Assembly: GCA_963797095.1 (NCBI GenBank) | Contig: CAWCNY010000004.1 | Coordinates: forward strand, 416,001 to 480,000 | Origin: an uncultured Chloroflexia bacterium | GTDB lineage: Bacteria; Chloroflexota; Chloroflexia; QHBQ01; JADMIH01 | Direction of reading: 5' to 3' | Length of the DNA: 64,000 bases | Part shown: in pieces, positions 57,342-64,000 of the stretch | How the letters are laid out: every line of letters begins with the position of its first letter | How positions within the stretch are numbered: position 1 is the stretch's first letter | Program-made: the position numbers and the translations under genes | Notes under the pieces: generated by a model | Database searches by the model: none | What the model was told of the DNA's origin: nothing | Seen by the model: only the letters and a program-made list of their open reading frames with translations

Positions 57342-59609
57342 CTACCTGATGAACAGCGGTGCGAGCACCAGCGTGATAGTCGACAGCAGCTTGATCAGCA
57401 CGTGCAGCGACGGGCCGGCCGTGTCCTTGAACGGGTCGCCCACCGTATCGCCGACCACCGCCGCCTTGTGAGCGTCTGTGCCCTTGCCCAACACGGTGTC
57501 GCCTTCCTTCAGGCCGCCCGACTCGATGAACTTCTTGGCGTTGTCCCACGCGCCTCCGCTGTTGTTCAGTACGTTCGCCATCAACACACCGGTGATCGTG
57601 CCAACCATCAACAGGCCACCAATGGCCTCCCAGCCCAGGATCAGACCAACCAGCACGGGAGTGGCTATCGCCAGCACACCGGGCGCGATCATCTCTCGCA
57701 GTGCTGCCCGCGCCGAGATATCAACCGCACGCGCATAGTTTGGCCTGCTTGTGCCTGCCATGATGCCGGGATCTTTGCGGAACTGGTCGCGCACCTCCTC
57801 GATCATCTGGCCTGCCGCCCGGCCTACCGCACGGATCGCCAGCGATGAGAAGAGGAACACCAGCATTGCCCCGATGAACGCACCGATAAACACCTCAATC
57901 TGCGACAGATTGATTGGGACCTGCCCATTTACGAGGTCTGTGTTCGGCTTTACCTGACGTACCTTGTCAAGATAGGCCGAGAAGAGGAGGAAGGCCGCCA
58001 GAGCAGCCGAGCCTACTGCATAGCCCTTTGTGAGAGCCTTGGTAGTGTTGCCCACAGCGTCCAGGCCGTCGGTGATATTGCGCACATTCTCAGCCTGGTG
58101 CGACATCTCGGTGATCCCACCTGCATTGTCGGTAATTGGGCCGAAGGTGTCCATCGCCAGGATGTAGGCGCACGACATGAGCATACCCATTGTCGCCACG
58201 GCCGTCCCGAAGATGCCCGACGCGATGGCTGTATTCACCGTGAAAGCCCCCGACACGCCCGGAATCGTGATATCGAACGTATCGGTGCCGACCGGGTTGC
58301 CCAATGTCCCCAGCCAGTAGGAAGCGCCCAGCGCGATTGCAATCGAAATAGTTGGCAACGCGGTCGTCTCAAAGCCCACCGCGACGCCCGAGATGATCGT
58401 GGTAGCCGGTCCTGTCTTGGCCGCGTTCGCAATCTCTTGCACTGGCCGCCACGCGCCTGCCGTGTAGTACTGCGTGATAAACACAAACGTGATTGAAGTC
58501 GCTATACCGACCAGCCCCGACAACCCGAACCACAGGCCCGACGGACCGCCCTGCCGTGACGCCTCGGGCAGCATGATAAGGCTGACAACCATCATCAGTA
58601 CCGCCGCCACACCCGCCATAATGTAATATCCTGTGTTGAGTGCCGCCAGCGCCGCCTTGTCCGTTACGTCCTCGCCGCCCTTGCCGCTGACGCGTGCCGA
58701 CAGGATACCGACCAGCGAAGCGATCAGCCCGAAAGCACGCACCACCAGCGGGAACAGTATCCACGCCAGGTTGGTCTTGCCTGTGATCTCGTACAACAGC
58801 ACGCCCAGGATCATAGCTCCGATGTTCTCGGCGGCGGTCAACTCGAACAGGTCGGCACCGCGGCCCGCGCAGTCGCCCACGTTATCGCCCACAAGGTCCG
58901 CAATAACGGCGGGGTTGCGTGGGTCGTCCTCAGGAATACCCGCCTCAATCTTGCCCACGAGGTCCGCGCCCACGTCGGCGGCCTTCGTGTAGATACCGCC
59001 GCCCAACTGGGCGAACAGCGCCACGAACGATGCTCCAAACCCGAAACCTACGATCAGGAACGGGGCCTGCGAATTGCCGTCAGCGCCAGCGAGGGCCGAG
59101 TAGACGAAGTAGATAAGGAACACGCCCAACAGCGACAGTGACACCACCAGGAAGCCCGACACCGCGCCTCCTCTGAGCGCCACCGTCAGCGCCTCGCCAA
59201 GCGAGCGGCGGGCAGCCGAGGCCGTGCGCAGGTTCGAGCGCACTGCCACGTACATGCCTATGTAGCCCGACACACCCGATGCCGTTGCTCCAAGCAAAAA
59301 GGCCACACCGGTCAAAATGCCTAACGTGAGGTTATCAACTGTGGTACCCTGCGTGCTGGCCGGAATAAGCGCCAGCAAAACGCCTACCAGCACTGCACTT
59401 ACTCCTGCCAGTATGGCAATCGTCGTGTACTGACGCCTCAGAAAGGCGTTAGCTCCCTCAACGATGCGGCTTGCCACATCCTGCATCTCTTGCGTGCCTG
59501 TATCGCGTCCGAGCACGTCACGCATCAGGTATACGGCGAAGCCGACCCCGATCAGCCCGGCGATGGGCACGAACCACGTGAGAAGCGAAACAATCGTATT
59601 GTGATCCAT
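57342..59609 (-). CDS. hppA: Membrane-bound proton-translocating pyrophosphatase, K+-independent type
   Basis: GGGIYTKAADVGADLVGK, EDDPRN, GDNVGD, DNAGG, GNTTKA (Lys signature of K+-independent enzymes), GDTVGDPFKDT. Confidence 0.95.
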   Translation of the reverse strand: MDHNTIVSLLTWFVPIAGLIGVGFAVYLMRDVLGRDTGTQEMQDVASRIVEGANAFLRRQYTTIAILAGVSAVLVGVLLALIPASTQGTTVDNLTLGILTGVAFLLGATASGVSGYIGMYVAVRSNLRTASAARRSLGEALTVALRGGAVSGFLVVSLSLLGVFLIYFVYSALAGADGNSQAPFLIVGFGFGASFVALFAQLGGGIYTKAADVGADLVGKIEAGIPEDDPRNPAVIADLVGDNVGDCAGRGADLFELTAAENIGAMILGVLLYEITGKTNLAWILFPLVVRAFGLIASLVGILSARVSGKGGEDVTDKAALAALNTGYYIMAGVAAVLMMVVSLIMLPEASRQGGPSGLWFGLSGLVGIATSITFVFITQYYTAGAWRPVQEIANAAKTGPATTIISGVAVGFETTALPTISIAIALGASYWLGTLGNPVGTDTFDITIPGVSGAFTVNTAIASGIFGTAVATMGMLMSCAYILAMDTFGPITDNAGGITEMSHQAENVRNITDGLDAVGNTTKALTKGYAVGSAALAAFLLFSAYLDKVRQVKPNTDLVNGQVPINLSQIEVFIGAFIGAMLVFLFSSLAIRAVGRAAGQMIEEVRDQFRKDPGIMAGTSRPNYARAVDISARAALREMIAPGVLAIATPVLVGLILGWEAIGGLLMVGTITGVLMANVLNNSGGAWDNAKKFIESGGLKEGDTVLGKGTDAHKAAVVGDTVGDPFKDTAGPSLHVLIKLLSTITLVLAPLFIR

Positions 59610-59816
59610 GAACTCTCCTTCTCCTCCAGTTTGACTTGGGGCGATGACTTAGATTGCACACTGCTACCGCTTATGCGTATCGCCCGTAACTGGGGGCGCA
59701 GCCCCGTCGCCACGCCCCAATATACCCTCTATTAGCAACGCCCTGCCACCATTAGTTACCGAGGCAGGGCGTGTGAATTGTATCACATTCTGTAGACCAT
59801 TACAACATAATCCACG

Positions 59817-61073
59817 CTAGCGAGTAACAGGCCTCGCGGTCGCGGGCGCTTCGGCGGCTCTTCCACCGAGGAAGCGTCCCCATTCGTGGTTCTCCCAGAT
59901 CACCAGCAACATCGAAGCGTTGAAGATCGAGGAATATGTCCCGGAAATGATACCCAGTAGCAGCGCCAGCACAAAGTTATGGATGCTGGCCCCGCCGAAC
60001 AGGTAGAGCGCGAACAACGTCAGGATTACCGTGATCGACGTATTAATCGAACGCGCCAGTGTCTGCACCAGCGAATAGTTTACAACATCCTGGAACCGCT
60101 CGAACCGTCGCCTGGTCAGGTTCTCGCGCACCCGGTCGAACACCACGATAGTATCGTGCACCGAGAAACCGATTACTGTCATCATCGCGGTAATAAACAG
60201 CGCGTCGATTTCGACTCCGAATATGAGTCCAAGGATAGCAAATATCCCCAGCACCACCAGCACGTCATGTATTAGCGCGATGATGGCGCACACCCCGTAT
60301 CTGAAGGCGTTGCGCACCTTTCGGAACACGATGGTCAGGTAAATCAGGATCGCCACCGAAGCTAACAGCACTGCCAGGAAGGCGCGTCCAATCAGTTCTT
60401 GTCCCACCGTCGGTCCAACGGTAATATCGTCCACCACCGCCGCTTCCTCAATCTGCCAGCGCGTCACCTGTTCCGTGGTGGCCGGCACCGCCGTTGGCGT
60501 GCCGGTAGGCTCTTCAAGTGTAGCCGTGGATGTAGTGCTACCTGTACCCGTTATCGCCCCTGTATCTGTCAGCGTCCCCGTGCCCGTCGCCGCCTCTGTA
60601 GCTGTCGGTGCAACAGTAGGTTCAACCGTAACCGTACCTGTCACAACTGCCGAAGGCGTGCCTGTAATCGGGGTTGTAGGAGCGATCTCTATCGTCCGGC
60701 TGATCGGTCCCCCCGGAACCAGGTCTGCCTGTACAAGCGTCTCCGCGATATTCGACAGCGCGATATCGCGCTGAGCGTCCGGCAGGTCCGCCACGCGAGG
60801 TATATCCATCGTAATAGTATTCGTAATATTGGAGCCTTCGCCAACAGTGCCCTGCTTTACCACTGCGTCCTCATACCCGATCGTACCCAGGGCGTCCCTG
60901 AACTTGACTGCGTCGTAAGCCTCTGCCGTTAGAGGAATAACTGTCAGGCGCTTCCCGCCCGTAAAGTCGATGCCTGGCTTCAGGCCGCCCGCCAGCACTG
61001 CCACCACCCCAGGTGTGATCACGACGAGCGAGATAAGTACGAATAGTATCCGTTTGCCGACTAAATCGATCAT
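59817..61073 (-). CDS. secF: Protein translocase subunit SecF
   Basis: GIDFTGG, VGPTVG, IHDV, GFSVHDTIVVFDRVRE, RSINTS, GTYSSIF. Confidence 0.95.
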   Translation of the reverse strand: MIDLVGKRILFVLISLVVITPGVVAVLAGGLKPGIDFTGGKRLTVIPLTAEAYDAVKFRDALGTIGYEDAVVKQGTVGEGSNITNTITMDIPRVADLPDAQRDIALSNIAETLVQADLVPGGPISRTIEIAPTTPITGTPSAVVTGTVTVEPTVAPTATEAATGTGTLTDTGAITGTGSTTSTATLEEPTGTPTAVPATTEQVTRWQIEEAAVVDDITVGPTVGQELIGRAFLAVLLASVAILIYLTIVFRKVRNAFRYGVCAIIALIHDVLVVLGIFAILGLIFGVEIDALFITAMMTVIGFSVHDTIVVFDRVRENLTRRRFERFQDVVNYSLVQTLARSINTSITVILTLFALYLFGGASIHNFVLALLLGIISGTYSSIFNASMLLVIWENHEWGRFLGGRAAEAPATARPVTR

Positions 61074-61144
61074 TGTCTCCCCTTAGGGGAATTGCAAATC
61101 ATGCATTACTCATTACCCGGTAACTCGCGATTTGCAATTCGTAA

Positions 61145-62647
61145 TTATGCCTCAGTAGTGCTCTCGGTGGGCTTGGCCGTCTCCAGGTCGAACGCCCATT
61201 TGTTGTTCGCGAACCCGGTATTCACAGTGGCGCGCAAGAACGTCCGCGTCACCGTAATAGCGGTAAACATCGACACCGCCACACCTATCGCCAGGGTAAG
61301 CGCGAACCCTTTGATGATGCTGGCTCCCCCGAAAGTCGAGCCGAACCAGAACAGGATCGCACATGTAATAAGCGTGGATACGTTTGAGTCTCTGATGGAC
61401 GGCCAGGCATGATCGAAGCCCGCCTCCACCGCAGCGCCCAGTGTTTTGCCTGAGCGTAACTCTTCTTTCAATCGAGAGAATATCAGCACATTGGCGTCAA
61501 CCGCCATACCGATAGACAAAATGAAGCCTGCGATACCCGCCAGCGTGAGGGTAACTGGCACTATCTTGAAGATAGAATAAGTAACCCCCGCGTAAATAAG
61601 CAGAGCCATGCTCGCGAGCACGCCAGGCAGCCGGTAGTAAACGATCATGAACAGGATTACCAGGCCCAGGCCGATTACGCCTGCCAGGATGCTCCTGTTG
61701 ATGGCATCCTCCCCCAGGGTAGCCGAGATCTTACGCTCCGATTGCAGCGTCAGGCTCACAGGCAGCGCGCCGTACTTGAGCTGGATCGCCAGCTTCTGCG
61801 CGTCCGCCAGCGAGATATTATTGATCACGCCCGAACCGCCGGTAATCGCGCCCTGGATCACCGGCGAGGTGATAACCTTCTTGTCCAGCACGATCGGCAT
61901 ATACTGCCCGATGTGTGAGGAAGTGAAATCGCTGAAGATCTCGGGACCGTTGCCCTGCAGCGTGAATTGCACCTCCGGCAGACCGGCCGAGTCGAAGATC
62001 ACGCTTACGCCCCGGCCATTGATCTGGTTGCCCTGAATAATGGTCGTATAAGTGGTCGTGCAAGGGAATTCGTTGATGCTCGTAGGCGAGGGCGTGGCCG
62101 CCTCAGACGTAGGCGCAGCCGTACCGGTCGTCACTTCGGTAGCAGTTATGGTGGGCGCAGCCTCCACCGTGGGCGTGGGCACAGGGGTTGGAGTTTGACC
62201 GGCGTTCACATCCTCCGGGCGCGGCTTGCCAAGCGTGGTACACACATAAGTGCCATCGGCTGGTGGGTTAGAATCCCCATCCAATATTTCGAGGAATGCT
62301 GTCTCCTGGATGACCTGGCGAGCCTCGTCCAGGTTCTTGATGCCCGGCAATTCGACCAGAATACGGTTGCCCTCGGCCGTCTGCACCACAGGCTCGGAGG
62401 CCCCTGTGCTGTTGGCTCGGTCCTCGATGATGTTGCGGGCCGCTTCTAGGTCTGAGGCTGTAATCGGTTGGTCGCCGGTCGGCTCAGCCTGTAATACCAG
62501 TTGCAGGCCCCCCTGCAAGTCGAGGCCAAGCCTGGGAGTGATATCTTTGTTGATTATGGGGATAAAGTTCACATACGAAAGATACCCCGCCAGTATAGCC
62601 AGGACGACGATACCAATCAGCCAGGCAAACAGGTTAGTCTGTCGCAA
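61145..62647 (-). CDS. secD: Protein translocase subunit SecD
   Basis: LGLDLQGG, RILVELPG, YGALP, GMAVDANVLIF, DSNVST, GFALTL; TTG start after AGGAG. Confidence 0.95.
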   Translation of the reverse strand: MRQTNLFAWLIGIVVLAILAGYLSYVNFIPIINKDITPRLGLDLQGGLQLVLQAEPTGDQPITASDLEAARNIIEDRANSTGASEPVVQTAEGNRILVELPGIKNLDEARQVIQETAFLEILDGDSNPPADGTYVCTTLGKPRPEDVNAGQTPTPVPTPTVEAAPTITATEVTTGTAAPTSEAATPSPTSINEFPCTTTYTTIIQGNQINGRGVSVIFDSAGLPEVQFTLQGNGPEIFSDFTSSHIGQYMPIVLDKKVITSPVIQGAITGGSGVINNISLADAQKLAIQLKYGALPVSLTLQSERKISATLGEDAINRSILAGVIGLGLVILFMIVYYRLPGVLASMALLIYAGVTYSIFKIVPVTLTLAGIAGFILSIGMAVDANVLIFSRLKEELRSGKTLGAAVEAGFDHAWPSIRDSNVSTLITCAILFWFGSTFGGASIIKGFALTLAIGVAVSMFTAITVTRTFLRATVNTGFANNKWAFDLETAKPTESTTEA

Positions 62648-62804
62648 TTATCTGCTCCTCTAGAGTCATCGGGACGTACATATTGCGGTGAAATTAATGC
62701 AAACAGGCAACGCGCGACTTTTCGCCTGCCCACATTCGCAGTCAAAAACTAATTATATAGGAGGCCGAAAAATGTGTCAACTTTGACGACGTGTGCTCAC
62801 AGCC

Positions 62805-63521
62805 CTACCTGGGCCTCACTACTTCCTCCGAGACAAGCCTCAAATAGACCGGAAGAGCGCCCGATTTCCCGTACGCAAGAATGCGCCTGACATCAGCTTC
62901 CCCCAACCCGGCGATCCCCACTTTGCCACCCCTGATCGCCTCGATAATACGAACCGAAGAGAGCACGCGCTTGTCCGCAAGTAAAGCCATATTCCGGCCT
63001 ACATTCGCACTCGTGAAATCTGACAACCTGGCCTTCCCCTCGTCTGTCAGGTCCATCTGAATGTCCAATGAGCTAACCGTATCCACCATAACGGTCACAC
63101 CATCCCGCCGCAGGTCGTCACCGCTTAGCACCACGGGATATGGAGGCCCTGCATCAGCGGAAAGAAGCTCAGCATGGTAGGGTCCACGAAGCTCCGTTCT
63201 CACATACTCTCCCGCCTGAGGAGGCGTCTCACCTGCATCAACAAACTCTATGAAACCTCTAGCCGCAAGCAGGTCCCTTACTTCATCCCCACCCGCAGCA
63301 CCCGGTATCTCAACCCTGATTTCTGAGCTACCCGACACCTCCGCCGAAGCATAGGGCATCTCCATCACTTCAAGCCTCTTCTTCAGGATGGCACACGCCA
63401 GCGCCATCTCCTCCGGCGTAACACTTCCCATGCCCTCCACCGGCTCGGCCTCAAGCACCAGGCGCAACCCGCCGTCCCAATCCATCCGAGGCATGCTTTC
63501 AGGTCCTGTGGGCCCCGGCAT
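62805..63521 (-). CDS. SecD P1 (periplasmic) domain-only paralog lacking TM helices
   Basis: MDWDGGLRLVLEAEP, ILKKRL, IRVEIPG, FTSANVG, GALPV align with the SecD P1 region; GGAGG RBS; no hydrophobic helix. Confidence 0.7.
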   Translation of the reverse strand: MPGPTGPESMPRMDWDGGLRLVLEAEPVEGMGSVTPEEMALACAILKKRLEVMEMPYASAEVSGSSEIRVEIPGAAGGDEVRDLLAARGFIEFVDAGETPPQAGEYVRTELRGPYHAELLSADAGPPYPVVLSGDDLRRDGVTVMVDTVSSLDIQMDLTDEGKARLSDFTSANVGRNMALLADKRVLSSVRIIEAIRGGKVGIAGLGEADVRRILAYGKSGALPVYLRLVSEEVVRPR

Positions 63522-63562
63522 AGACTAACCTCCAATAACAACAATGATCTCTATGAGCACAC

Positions 63563-63620
63563 AAGAACTGTCCTTAAGTACACCCCAAAATCTGTCCAGA
63601 TTTGTCCTACATTTGCCATT
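63563..63620 (-). repeat. Dispersed repeat, copy C
   Basis: Reverse complement matches copies A and B at 44/58 each. Confidence 0.8.
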
Positions 63621-63709
63621 TAGTATATAAGACGGGTCCAACCACCAACCCACCAAAAAACGGACAACTGACCATACCAAAGTACGCACTTAAGATCTCA
63701 CGACGAACT

Positions 63710-63930
63710 GGAGTAGGGGCGCCTCTTGTGGGCAAATGTTGTCGCATAAACCCACGAACATGGCCCAAGCGCGGGCATTGCTAACGGGTGCCCTGTTTGT
63801 ACACCATCCCAACATAGTCCCGAAGGGACGTAAGAGCGTAGCCCAGAGCGTAAGCCCTGTGGTAAGCCCAACATAGTGCCATAGCCCCGTAGGGGCGTAA
63901 GAATAAGCCCTCCGGCCCTGTATGATGCAA
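63710..63930. repeat. Cluster of REP-like short palindromes
   Basis: GTAGGGGCG, GTCCCGAAGGGAC, GCCCCGTAGGGGC, repeated CGTAAG / TAAGCCC. Confidence 0.5.
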
Positions 63931-64000
63931 TGACGCAACCCTCTTACGTCCCTATGGCACTACTTGCTTTGGATGGCGTATCATCCACGGGCTTACTCTC

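Noticed and set aside
57079-57848. Two opposite-strand ORFs both containing LKQTKLAA.PPILFVLE
   Set aside because: The shared peptide is a by-product of the perfect DNA palindrome at 57232-57284; both ORFs overlap hppA.

Overview
A 64-kb GC-rich bacterial chromosomal segment, most likely from a Chloroflexota (Chloroflexia-like) genome. This is an inference from the Cys-containing tandem SLH domains, Thr/Pro-rich lipoproteins and abundant heptamer tandem repeats. Housekeeping genes include secD, secF, hppA, moaA, moaC, infA, a ComF-like gene, tRNA-Arg(UCU) and two polysaccharide glycosyltransferases. Kb 3-16 holds an accessory lipid-oxidation and surface-protein block: an alpha-dioxygenase-like heme peroxidase, a catalase-like protein, a cholesterol-oxidase-like GMC enzyme, hydrolases and an LGFP-metallophosphoesterase. 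Four genes in this block carry reading-frame lesions. One IS701-like element with 17-bp inverted repeats has inserted into one of three copies of a dispersed ~90-bp repeat. The best candidate novel system lies directly downstream: a DUF488-DUF488-dual-OB operon whose proteins end in a beta-clamp-like motif (QASMF) and an SSB-tail-like motif (EDIPF), suggesting a replisome-coupled DNA protection/repair or anti-phage module. Other leads are an attenuator-like leader plus a 4-codon uORF on a stand-alone infA, an orphan promoter-driven small RNA, an XRE/IrrE-like protease switch, a SecD periplasmic-domain-only paralog and an MscS with a ~330-aa insertion. All family calls come from motif recognition by eye; no searches were run.
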